50,520 nucleotides of DNA from an uncultured Clostridiaceae bacterium (GCA_958402495.1 CATXTS010000002.1:1-50520), one strand, 5' to 3'. Counted from the first letter of the stretch, positions 10,473 to 18,326 are shown. Translations and numbers: made by a program. The notes: generated by a model from the letters alone, not told the origin.

Positions 10473-10850
10473 ATGTATTATAAAATCCTATATCAAGATG
10501 ATAAAGAAATAATGCACTTAGATGTAAGTCCTAAAGACTTAATTCCAATGCTTTTAGAAATTAGAAGGAACTTTCCCATCATTCAATTACAAGATAATGA
10601 GGAAAAGGAGTATGATATTGCAGAAATTCTTGAAAAAGAGAAAGATAAATTAAAAAAAGAACTAAGTGATAAATCAAAAGATGAGATTATTTATGCTATG
10701 CAAAAAAAATTAACAGAATTAATTAAAGAAGACTTAATTTATGAAATGGACTTTAGTAAAATTATGACAGAAATAAGAAGACAAAAAGATAGGATTGAAA
10801 AAATAGAGGATTTTAGAGATAAAGTAATTCATATTTATATAAATATATAA
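10473..10850 (+). CDS. Hypothetical Lys/Glu-rich protein (125 aa)
   Basis: ORF with a strong RBS (AAAGGAGG) 25 nt after the preceding gene. No recognisable motif. Confidence 0.55.
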   Translation: MYYKILYQDDKEIMHLDVSPKDLIPMLLEIRRNFPIIQLQDNEEKEYDIAEILEKEKDKLKKELSDKSKDEIIYAMQKKLTELIKEDLIYEMDFSKIMTEIRRQKDRIEKIEDFRDKVIHIYINI

Positions 10851-10858
10851 AAAAGAAA

Positions 10859-10890
10859 AACGGAAGATGGTTTGTACCACCTTCCGTTTC
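10859..10890. terminator. Bidirectional hairpin terminator between convergent genes
   Basis: CGGAAGATGG (10861-10870) pairs with CCACCTTCCG (10878-10887). An A-run lies upstream and T-rich sequence downstream. On the minus strand the single mismatch becomes a G-U pair and TTCTTTTTT follows. Confidence 0.6.
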
Positions 10891-10913
10891 ACATGTCCTA
10901 AATAAGCGACATG

Positions 10914-11057
10914 TTAATGAGGAAAAGAACGAGGCCCCTTCCCCCTGCGAAAAGACTCAGAATTGTAAAAATCAGTTCTAAACTGATTTCTATTTGATTT
11001 TTCTGATTCTCCTTCATAGTTTTTTGGTTCGCTTGGAAAAATAATTTCCGTATTCAT
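10914..11057 (-). CDS. Small hypothetical protein (47 aa)
   Basis: Below the ORF-track cutoff. Hand translation: MNTEIIFPSEPKNYEGESEKSNRNQFRTDFYNSESFRRGKGPRSFPH. A strong RBS (AAAGGAGGAAAAGTCCA) precedes the ATG, and the terminator at 10859-10890 lies immediately downstream. Confidence 0.4.
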   Translation of the reverse strand: MNTEIIFPSEPKNYEGESEKSNRNQFRTDFYNSESFRRGKGPRSFPH

Positions 11058-11600
11058 TGGACTTTTCCTCCTTTGTATGTTTTATAGAAAAATTATAACA
11101 TAATTTACATAAAAAATCAAATGCTTTTAGAGATAAACTCAAAAGTTATTTAAAGTTCCATTACTATTTACAGCTTATACTTTTCTTATTTATTATACAC
11201 TTTAAAGAATTCATGTTATAAAAAGGAAACTAAAAATAGCATGTTTGCAGGATTTTTAATAAGTAATTTTTTTGCTAAAATTTTATAACCCTTATATATT
11301 TTTTATTTGAAAGGGAGTCGTAAATTGTAACAAAGTTTCGTATATTTACAATTATAGATAAATCTAGTTATGGAAAGAAAATAATATTTGTCATCAATAA
11401 GAAATATTATCTTGTAGAAAATTAAATATATTTTGAACTTATTAAACATCTCATCTTTTTATTATAAACATATTAAATATAGATAAAAGAAAGTAATAAT
11501 GATTATTTTAAAAAAATTTAAAAAAGTATTGACAAATAGAAATGTTTTATTAAACTGTTAATAACAAAATGAAAATATCAAAAAAGAAAGGAGTGGTTGT

Positions 11601-12503
11601 ATGGAATTAAAACCGAACAGAGATAATATTTGTGGAAGAAGTTATCACTTGCTAAATGCGAAGCTAACCAATGATTGTAATGGAAGGTGTGAATTTTGCA
11701 TAGCGTCCGGTACCTATAAGGCGCCAAAAACGTCTTTAGACAAAATGATAGAGACAACAATTGCTTTAAATCAATTTCAAGATGTCGATGTCTTAGGAGG
11801 AGAACCAACATTATATAAAGATTTATATCCTTTTTTGGAAGCGATTAGACCTAAAAAATCTGGAAAAATAACTATAATAACAAATGGAAGCAATATAGAT
11901 GTTCTTATAAAATGTAAGAAATTTTTAGACACAATAATTATGAGTATACATCATTATGATTTAAATAAAAATAAAGATATTGTAGGAATCCTTGTTGACG
12001 AAAATAAATTAAAACAACTAAACAAGGAAAAAGGAGATACAGAAACTATTTTAGCTTGTGTTATATGTAAAGAAAATTTAAGCACGATAGAGGATATTAG
12101 AATTTTAGCAAAACAAGCTAAAGAATGGGGATTTGATGCGATTAAGTTAATGGAAGTAGTAACAATGAATGAAGAATATAAGGGATTTACTGATTTACAA
12201 GATTTACTGTTACCATATGGAATCCATCAAAAAAATCCTACATTAAGAGGATGCTTATTTGAATTAGATGAATTAGGAAATCATTTGGGAATAAAAACAT
12301 ATATAAAATTATGCTGTCCTTTTAATAATATATATAAGGCAAAAGATTATGGAGTACCAAACAATATTGAATATCAGCATGATTATATAAATGTTATCCA
12401 TCCAGATGGTACAGTTACAGACAGTTGGGTATATACATCATATGAAAACCAAGTTTTAAACGGAAAGGATGTGTATATAAATTATGAAAAAGAGAAGCTG
12501 TAA
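11601..12503 (+). CDS. Radical SAM enzyme, small (300 aa), paralogue A
   Basis: CNGRCEFC (CxxxCxxC) at aa 26-33, plus GGEPTLYK and ITNGSN. RBS AAAGGAG lies 7 nt upstream. Collinear similarity to the next ORF runs along the whole length. Confidence 0.85.
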   Translation: MELKPNRDNICGRSYHLLNAKLTNDCNGRCEFCIASGTYKAPKTSLDKMIETTIALNQFQDVDVLGGEPTLYKDLYPFLEAIRPKKSGKITIITNGSNIDVLIKCKKFLDTIIMSIHHYDLNKNKDIVGILVDENKLKQLNKEKGDTETILACVICKENLSTIEDIRILAKQAKEWGFDAIKLMEVVTMNEEYKGFTDLQDLLLPYGIHQKNPTLRGCLFELDELGNHLGIKTYIKLCCPFNNIYKAKDYGVPNNIEYQHDYINVIHPDGTVTDSWVYTSYENQVLNGKDVYINYEKEKL

Positions 12504-13338
12504 AAATTATTGCATGGGTGTAATGGGTCCTAGACTAGTCATAAAAGTAAATAATAGTTGCAACGGAAAATGCTTTTTCTGTGTGGGACGTGATAATAAA
12601 CCATTACCTACGGTAGATGTAAAGGTATTAATTAAAAAAGCCATTGAATTAGAAAATTATCCAAATGTTTTAATTTTAGGTGGAGAGCCAACATTATATA
12701 AAAATCTACAGGAACTGGTTAAAGGAATAGCACCATATAAAAAGAAAATTACAATAACTACAAATGGAAGCAACTTATCTTGCTTATTACCAATCGTGCA
12801 ATATTTAGATAAAATAATTGTTAGTATTATGCACTATGATAAAGAAAAGAATAAAGATATTGTAGGTGTTAATATTGAAGATGATGGAAAACTAATTAAA
12901 GAATTTGCTAAGATAAATCCGAAATTAAAACTTCGAGTAAATTGTGTTATGTTAAAAAGCGGAATCTCAACAATAGAAGATATGAAAAAAATAGCTACAT
13001 ATGTAAAACAATTAGGATTTAACTCATTAAGATTTTCAGAAGTTACTAGCCCTAAATTATATGATGAAGAATTTATAAATATATCCTATTTATTAAAAGA
13101 TTATGGCATACACCAAAAAGATACTGTTACACATGGATGTTATTTAGAGCCACCCATTTTGGAAGAACTTTTCGGAATAAAAACAATACTCAATTTATCT
13201 TGTATATTAAAAGCTCCTACAAAAATATATAAAATGCAATTAACAGAAGAGGAAATGTTAGAAGAAATTGAACCCATGAAAAATGTAGATAGCCTAATTT
13301 TACATCAAAATGGAATCGTATATAAAGATTTTCAATAA
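12484..13338 (+). CDS. Radical SAM enzyme, small (284 aa), paralogue B
   Basis: CNGKCFFC at aa 26-33, plus GGEPTLYK and TTNGSN. It shares the blocks HYD..NKDIVG, STIED and YGIHQK with paralogue A. The 12484 start places the cluster at the same position as in A and overlaps A by 20 nt. Confidence 0.85.
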   Translation: MKKRSCKNYCMGVMGPRLVIKVNNSCNGKCFFCVGRDNKPLPTVDVKVLIKKAIELENYPNVLILGGEPTLYKNLQELVKGIAPYKKKITITTNGSNLSCLLPIVQYLDKIIVSIMHYDKEKNKDIVGVNIEDDGKLIKEFAKINPKLKLRVNCVMLKSGISTIEDMKKIATYVKQLGFNSLRFSEVTSPKLYDEEFINISYLLKDYGIHQKDTVTHGCYLEPPILEELFGIKTILNLSCILKAPTKIYKMQLTEEEMLEEIEPMKNVDSLILHQNGIVYKDFQ

Positions 13339-13351
13339 AGGAGAATGTCCT

Positions 13352-13525
13352 ATGAATTATATGTATTTAATAAAGAAAATAACAGAGTCTGTGAATGTAG
13401 ATAATGAAGAGGTATCGACTATAAGAAAAGTAGCATCCGAAGGTAATTTTATTTTTAACAAAGAACAATATGAAGAACAAATAAACAAATATCAGGATGG
13501 AAAATTAAAAGATTTATATTGTTAA
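13352..13525 (+). CDS. Small acidic protein (57 aa) ending ...KLKDLYC. It may be a partner or a substrate of the radical SAM pair.
   Basis: The ORF-track ORF 13310-13525 is trimmed to the ATG that has an RBS (AAAGGAGA, 7 nt, ATG). Sequence: MNYMYLIKKITESVNVDNEEVSTIRKVASEGNFIFNKEQYEEQINKYQDGKLKDLYC. Confidence 0.5.
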   Translation: MNYMYLIKKITESVNVDNEEVSTIRKVASEGNFIFNKEQYEEQINKYQDGKLKDLYC

Positions 13526-13614
13526 GACTTAAAGTAAAAGAAAAATCATAATGAAAATAGATATTATGATAAGAATATAAACTAGTTAAGAAAGTATACT
13601 GAATAGCCATAAAA

Positions 13615-13644
13615 ATATACAAGGTAGTTAATTACCTTGTATAT
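13615..13644 (-). terminator. Hairpin terminator downstream of tRNA-Pro (may also stop the radical SAM operon)
   Basis: Perfect 12-bp stem: ATATACAAGGTA (13615-13626) pairs with TACCTTGTATAT (13633-13644). On the minus strand TTTTTATGG follows. Confidence 0.55.
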
Positions 13645-13689
13645 TACTTATTGAATATATCCATATAATTGCTTTTTCGCAACCTTGCA

Positions 13690-13765
13690 TGGTCGAGGTG
13701 ACAGGAATCGAACCTGCGACCTCATGGTCCCAAACCACGCGCGCTACCAACTGCGCTACACCTCG
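13690..13765 (-). tRNA. tRNA-Pro (anticodon UGG)
   Basis: The reverse complement folds as a cloverleaf: CGAGGTG TA GCGC AGTTGGTA GCGC G CGTGG TTTGGGA CCATG AGGTC GCAGG TTCGATT CCTGT CACCTCG A CCA. Confidence 0.9.
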
Positions 13766-13843
13766 ATAATTCATAATGCTTATATATAATAGCATATTAT
13801 TTTTATAAATTCAAGACTTTTTTAAGATTTTTTCAAAATTCTA

Positions 13844-13872
13844 TTGAAATTCAACTCTATTCAATGTATAAT
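13844..13872 (+). promoter_or_regulatory. Sigma-A promoter of the (now split) host tRNA-Arg gene
   Basis: TTGAAA (13844-13849), 17 nt, TATAAT (13867-13872). The tRNA 5' end lies 17 nt downstream. Confidence 0.6.
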
Positions 13873-13889
13873 AAATAACATAGTAAAAT

Positions 13890-13928
<39 letters not shown>

Positions 13929-13946
13929 ACGCACACCCATAGTTTT

Positions 13947-13961
13947 ATAAATATTGATATT
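13947..13961 (+). repeat. 15-mer ATAAATATTGATATT, copy 1 (candidate recombinase arm-type site)
   Basis: Exact copies occur at 25344-25358 (direct) and 25491-25505 (inverted). All three lie just inside the island ends. Confidence 0.7.
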
Positions 13962-14045
13962 TAGGGTTTTCAAGAGATAGTATGAAAAGTTTTCCCCTGA
14001 AAATCCCCTTAAATATAAATTTCATACCAAAAGCCATATTATTAT

Positions 14046-14122
14046 GTGCCTGTAGTTTAGCTGGATAGAATGGCAGGCTACGAACTTGCAGATCGGGGGT
14101 TCGAATCCCTCCAGGCACACCA
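14046..14122 (+). tRNA. Island-borne complete tRNA-Arg (anticodon ACG)
   Basis: GTGCCTG TA GTTT AGCTGGATA GAAT G GCAGG CTACGAA CTTGC AGATC GGGGG TTCGAAT CCCTC CAGGCAC A CCA. The stems differ from the split host copy by compensatory changes, while the T-arm is identical. Confidence 0.9.
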
Positions 14123-14130
14123 TTTGGTAA

Positions 14131-14172
14131 AACATAGTTCTCAAGCTAGTTTGAGAACTATGTTCTTTTTTT
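14131..14172 (+). terminator. Intrinsic terminator after the island tRNA-Arg, overlapping the integrase 3' end
   Basis: Perfect 14-bp stem: AACATAGTTCTCAA (14131-14144) pairs with TTGAGAACTATGTT (14151-14164). CTTTTTTT follows. Confidence 0.75.
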
Positions 14173-15562
14173 GAGGCTTTTTCTTTAAAAAGTATCGCTT
14201 TACTTGTGTAGACTTACTTTCAGCATTTTTTGTTTTCCCCTGAAATTCCTCAAAATTTACTCTTTCAAACTCCTTTTTCTTTCGTTCTTCTGATACATGA
14301 ATATAGTAAAAATCTGTTGTTTCAAATTCGGCATGTCCCATTAATTCTCGTAAAACCTCTTTATCCATACCTTTTTCACTCATTAAAGTTGCAAAAGAAT
14401 GTCTAAAACCATAAATTGTCATGTGTTCTAATTTATATTTCTTTATAAATTCTGTAATCTTTTTAGTTAATCTTTCTGGAACATAAGGTGTTCCAATAGT
14501 ATTTAAAAACACATATTGCTCATTATCCCATTCCTCACCATATTGTAGATTATTCATTTTTTCTCTTTTTAAGTTAAGTAGCATTTCTTTTAATCTTGGA
14601 GTCATTGGAATATTACGATAACTTTCTGTGGTTTTTAAATCTCCATCGGTCATTATATGTCCTGTAATATTCATTTCATCATCATATAATGTAATGTCTT
14701 TATAAGCATTTTCTACTCTGATTTTGTTTTGATTAAAGTGTACCGATTTCCATTTCAAACCACAACCTTCTTCTGGTCGCATACCTGTTTGAAGTAAGGT
14801 AGCAAAAAGTAGTGCAAATGGTCTTTTATCTTTTTCACATACATCAAGCCATACTCTTTGTCTATCTTCTGTTAAATAACATACCTTTGCTACCTTTGCT
14901 CTTTTCTTCTTTTGAAATTTTAAATCAAAATTAGGTACTTCTTTTATTAATCCTTTTTTATCTTTAGCATAAGCTAAGACTGCTCTAATAAGCAAGAATA
15001 AATCTTTTGCTAGTCTAGGTGTTTGTTGCCTTTTCTCATTTATATAGTTTTCTACCATTTCTTTACTGATTTCGCTAACATGATAATTTTTAAAATCAAT
15101 CATTACATGATTTTTAATTGTGTTTATGTAAGTTTCAACAGTTTTTAAACTAATCGTTTTATTTGTGCTAGGATTTACTTGTTTCTTTTTCCAATTAAGC
15201 CATTCCTTTGCTATATTTGGAAACAAAGTATAATCATCTGCTAACAATTCTATTTTCCTTTTTTCTTTTTCTTCATTAAATTCAGTAAACTTATTTAATT
15301 CTGATGAACACTCTTCTGTAAATACTTTGACATTAGGATTTGTACTATTTTTTTGAATATCAAAATATATATCAGTAATTAGTTCTCCTAATCTTTTTCT
15401 TGCTTCTTTTTCTGTTCTTGCTGTCCTTGATAATCTTGGATTTCTATCAACTCCTTCCATTATTGAATTAAGGGCTAACGTTACTCTTGCCTCATAGCTA
15501 TTTCCTTTTTTCCTTATTGTAACTGTTCCTTTTGGTGCTCTTTGTCTATTTATCTTTTTCAT
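14141..15562 (-). CDS. int: Tyrosine recombinase / phage-type integrase
   Basis: C-terminal catalytic region: TGMRPEE (Arg), GFRHSFATL (His-x-x-Arg), GHAEFETTDFYYIH (His/Tyr). Start is set at the ATG preceded by GGAAGGAG; the track ORF extends 5 codons further to a TTG. Confidence 0.9.
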   Translation of the reverse strand: MKKINRQRAPKGTVTIRKKGNSYEARVTLALNSIMEGVDRNPRLSRTARTEKEARKRLGELITDIYFDIQKNSTNPNVKVFTEECSSELNKFTEFNEEKEKRKIELLADDYTLFPNIAKEWLNWKKKQVNPSTNKTISLKTVETYINTIKNHVMIDFKNYHVSEISKEMVENYINEKRQQTPRLAKDLFLLIRAVLAYAKDKKGLIKEVPNFDLKFQKKKRAKVAKVCYLTEDRQRVWLDVCEKDKRPFALLFATLLQTGMRPEEGCGLKWKSVHFNQNKIRVENAYKDITLYDDEMNITGHIMTDGDLKTTESYRNIPMTPRLKEMLLNLKREKMNNLQYGEEWDNEQYVFLNTIGTPYVPERLTKKITEFIKKYKLEHMTIYGFRHSFATLMSEKGMDKEVLRELMGHAEFETTDFYYIHVSEERKKKEFERVNFEEFQGKTKNAESKSTQVKRYFLKKKPQKKNIVLKLA

Positions 15563-15666
15563 GATAACTCCTTCCAAAATATAAATAGTTTAAAAGGGCT
15601 CGAAACTTAATATCAAGATATATCTTATCACGTTTAAAACAAGAAATCAGCCCTTTTTTCTAGTTA

Positions 15667-15876
15667 TTAATATTCATAGTCATCATACTGTCCAGAATTC
15701 TCTGCAAACCATTTTGGTAGCATTTCTTTATTAACAATTATTTTTCTTTTAAATTTAACTGCTGGAAATCCATCTAATTTAACTAATTCCAACATTAAAT
15801 TTCTTCCGATTCCTAACATTTTTCTTGCTTCATCTATTGATATTCCTATTCTTTCATCTTCTTCATTATTTGACAT
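15667..15876 (-). CDS. xis: Excisionase-type helix-turn-helix DNA-binding protein
   Basis: 69 aa, adjacent to int. Typical Xis/MerR-like HTH: ISIDEARKMLGIGRNLMLELVKLDGFPAVKFKRKIIV. Start moved to the second ATG, 7 nt after AGGAGGT. Confidence 0.75.
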   Translation of the reverse strand: MSNNEEDERIGISIDEARKMLGIGRNLMLELVKLDGFPAVKFKRKIIVNKEMLPKWFAENSGQYDDYEY

Positions 15877-15950
15877 ACACATTACCTCCTTTGTAAAAAT
15901 AGTAAGAGTAAAATTTATCCTTCTACTAGATAAGTTCCAAAAGCACCTTT

Positions 15951-16140
15951 AAAATGTAACGATTTTTGAAAAATTTTTTAAAATTTTCTATAAAATTCAC
16001 TCTTCAATATGTAAATGCCAGGCAGATATCAAAAAGGTATAATTTTGAAAAGATTTTTTTAATTTTTCTCTCCTATAAGATAAATGCCACCATTTTATAA
16101 AAAAGTGGTAAATTTCAAAAATTTTTTTAAACTTTTTGAA
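15951..16140. repeat. Three degenerate tandem units of about 70-80 bp between xis and the cargo operon
   Basis: ATTTTTGAAAAATTTTTTAAAATTTTCT (15962-15989), AATTTTGAAAAGATTTTTTTAATTTTTCT (16041-16069), AATTTCAAAAATTTTTTTAAACTTTTTG (16111-16138). TAAATGCCA occurs at 16012 and 16081. Confidence 0.5.
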
Positions 16141-16209
16141 GAATTATTAAATTAAAGTAAAATACTAGAATTAGATTTGGCTATTTCTATATATTTTGTA
16201 AAGAAAATA

Positions 16210-16218
16210 TGTTATAAT
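16210..16218 (+). promoter_or_regulatory. Extended -10 promoter element (TGtTATAAT) for the deaminase operon
   Basis: TGTTATAAT lies 29 nt upstream of ATG 16247. No good -35 element is present. Confidence 0.4.
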
Positions 16219-16246
16219 TCAATCAAATTTATAGGAGGTAACCAAG

Positions 16247-17092
16247 ATGACTGATGAACAATATATTGATATTGCAATAGATATATCTTCAAAGGCTAAA
16301 TATCCTTATGGTGCTATTGTAGTAAAAAATGGGAAGATTATTGGTAGAAGTGATGATAAGACTTTAATGGAAACAAGTATGTATTCTCATGCAGAACTAG
16401 AGGCAATAGAAAGCGCATCAAAGAATAAAAATCTTTATGGAGATTTAAAAGGTGCAACAATATATGTATCTTGTGAACCTTGTATGATGTGTATGGGAGC
16501 AATACTATACGAAAAGTTTTCAAAAATCGTTTATGCAGCAACACTACAAGATAGTAATGATAATTATTGTCCAGAGATGATTACTAATATAGATGAGTTA
16601 ACAAAATACGGAAATACTAAAATTGAAATAATAAAAGAATTACATAGAGAAAAGGCAGTAGAAATTTTGAAACAACACAAAGATAAAATTAAAAATAGAA
16701 TTTTAATTACAGGTGCTGTATTATCATCAAATGAGGCTTCAACTCAAACATATAATAAAATTACATCAATAATAGATAAGCATAAATTTTTAATTTCTAG
16801 CCCAATAGATACTATGAATTTTAAAGGTAATGACTATGAAAGATATGAGAGAGCAATGGATTTGTTAAGAGATACCAAAAAAATTATTGCAGAAATGAGT
16901 ACTACATCAACAGGTCAAGGTATGGAATTACAAGAAGCGACTAATCTACATATTCCAATATTGGTTATTGCTAAAAATGGTAGTAAAATATCGGGGCTAG
17001 TTAAGGGATGTAAAAATATAAAGGATATCATATTTTATGATAACATAGAAAGTATACAAGAAAAAATTAAAACATTTATTGAGGAGGAATAA
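16247..17092 (+). CDS. Fusion of a CMP/dCMP-type zinc deaminase domain with a nucleoside 2-deoxyribosyltransferase / DNPH1(Rcl)-like domain
   Basis: N-terminal HAELEAI ... CEPCMMCMGA (zinc-binding H-A-E / C-x-x-C). C-terminal ILITGAVLSS ... STGQGMELQEA matches the DNPH1/NDT catalytic-Glu block (S-x-G-x-G-x-E-L-x-x-A). Confidence 0.75.
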   Translation: MTDEQYIDIAIDISSKAKYPYGAIVVKNGKIIGRSDDKTLMETSMYSHAELEAIESASKNKNLYGDLKGATIYVSCEPCMMCMGAILYEKFSKIVYAATLQDSNDNYCPEMITNIDELTKYGNTKIEIIKELHREKAVEILKQHKDKIKNRILITGAVLSSNEASTQTYNKITSIIDKHKFLISSPIDTMNFKGNDYERYERAMDLLRDTKKIIAEMSTTSTGQGMELQEATNLHIPILVIAKNGSKISGLVKGCKNIKDIIFYDNIESIQEKIKTFIEEE

Positions 17093-17093
17093 T

Positions 17094-17645
17094 ATGAGTA
17101 ATTATTTGTTAATACATGGAAGTTTTGGAAGTCCTTTTGTAAATTGGTTTCCATATTTAAGAAATGAAATAGAAAAAAGAGAATTAGTAGTCTATACTCT
17201 GGATTTTCCCACAGGAGTAGGTTATCAAAATTATAGTAATTGGGAAAAAGTATTAGAAAGTTATGTAAGTGCTGGAATAGTAAATGAAAATACTATTATT
17301 TTTGCTCATTCTATTGCTCCAATATTTGTTTGCCATTTTTTAGTTAGTCACAATATTAAAGTAAAAAGATTAGTATTTGTATGTGGATTTAATAATTATT
17401 TAGGAATTAACGAAGAATATGACAATGTAAATGAAACCATGTATTTTGATAATTTAGAAGATGTAAAAAAATTAGCACAAGAGATTATTTGTTTTTATTC
17501 CAAAAATGATCCCTATGTGAAATATGAAGTTGAAAAAGAATTTGCAGACACAATAGCAACAAAGCAAATAGTAATTGATGATGGAGGACACTTGAATTCT
17601 GAAAGTGGATATACAGAATTTAAAGAATTATTAGAATTCATATAA
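17094..17645 (+). CDS. Alpha/beta serine hydrolase, YdeN/RBBP9-like
   Basis: LLIHGSFGSP near the N-terminus and the nucleophile elbow FAHSIAP; about 183 aa. Start set at the ATG after GAGGAGG, 1 nt after the upstream stop. Confidence 0.7.
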   Translation: MSNYLLIHGSFGSPFVNWFPYLRNEIEKRELVVYTLDFPTGVGYQNYSNWEKVLESYVSAGIVNENTIIFAHSIAPIFVCHFLVSHNIKVKRLVFVCGFNNYLGINEEYDNVNETMYFDNLEDVKKLAQEIICFYSKNDPYVKYEVEKEFADTIATKQIVIDDGGHLNSESGYTEFKELLEFI

Positions 17646-17661
17646 AGATATTGGAGGAAAT

Positions 17662-18228
17662 ATGAAAATTTTAATTTTAAGTTTCAGTAGTAATCAAGTA
17701 AATGAAGATAGTTTTATTCCTAATAAAATTGGTTTAACTTTTTCTTGTGTAGAAGAATGTGAAAAAGAATTAAAAAAATTAGGAAAAGAAGTAGAACATA
17801 TCTGTATAAATAAAAAGAATATAAAGAAATGCCTAGCTTGTGGAAAAAGAGGTTGGGGAATTTGTTTAGAGAAACATAAATGTATTCAAAAAGATGATTT
17901 TAATGAGATTTATGAATATATGAATAATTTTAATGCCTACATATTTATTACTCCAGTTTATTTTTGGGAAATGAGCGAATCTGCAAAAACATTCTTTGAT
18001 AGACTAAAAAGATGTGATGCTTTTAACGATAATTCTAAAATCAAAGGAAAGAAAGTTATTTGTATCGCTTGTGCAGGTGGAAGTGGAAATGGAACAGAAG
18101 AAACATTAAAATCTTTTGATATATTAAACCACTTCTTAAAGACAGAAATAGTTGGAAGAATACCAGTTACTAAAGTTACTTTTGAAAGTCAAAAAGAAAA
18201 AATTAGAAAAACGGTAAATTCTTTATAA
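17662..18228 (+). CDS. Flavodoxin-fold (NADPH-dependent FMN reductase / iron-sulfur flavoprotein-like) protein
   Basis: 188 aa. Contains CLACGKRGWGIC, then FITPVYFWEMSESAKTFFDR, which is typical of the FMN_red fold. RBS GGAGG. Confidence 0.6.
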   Translation: MKILILSFSSNQVNEDSFIPNKIGLTFSCVEECEKELKKLGKEVEHICINKKNIKKCLACGKRGWGICLEKHKCIQKDDFNEIYEYMNNFNAYIFITPVYFWEMSESAKTFFDRLKRCDAFNDNSKIKGKKVICIACAGGSGNGTEETLKSFDILNHFLKTEIVGRIPVTKVTFESQKEKIRKTVNSL

Positions 18229-18326
18229 TGTAGTAATTAAAAAATTGGCAATTACATATACTTCATTAAAACTATGTATATGATTGCCAATATAAACTAT
18301 AATATACTTTCTATTTTTACTTATAA

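Noticed and set aside
11241-11288. A 15-codon ORF (MFAGFLISNFFAKIL) in the long leader upstream of the radical SAM genes, considered as a possible RiPP precursor or leader peptide.
   Set aside because: It has only a weak, poorly spaced AGGAAA. It is too short and hydrophobic for a typical rSAM-RiPP precursor, and an ORF like this is expected by chance in AT-rich DNA. It is worth checking only if it proves conserved upstream of homologous operons.
12484-12503. The 20-nt overlap of the two radical SAM ORFs, considered as a frameshifted single gene.
   Set aside because: Each ORF contains a complete, collinear radical SAM domain with its own CxxxCxxC at the same offset. These are two paralogous genes, not halves of one.
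15951-16140. Repeated boxes here and at 25260-25400, considered as a CRISPR array.
   Set aside because: The repeats are degenerate, A/T homopolymer-rich and irregularly spaced. They have no unique spacers of constant length, and no cas genes are in the window.
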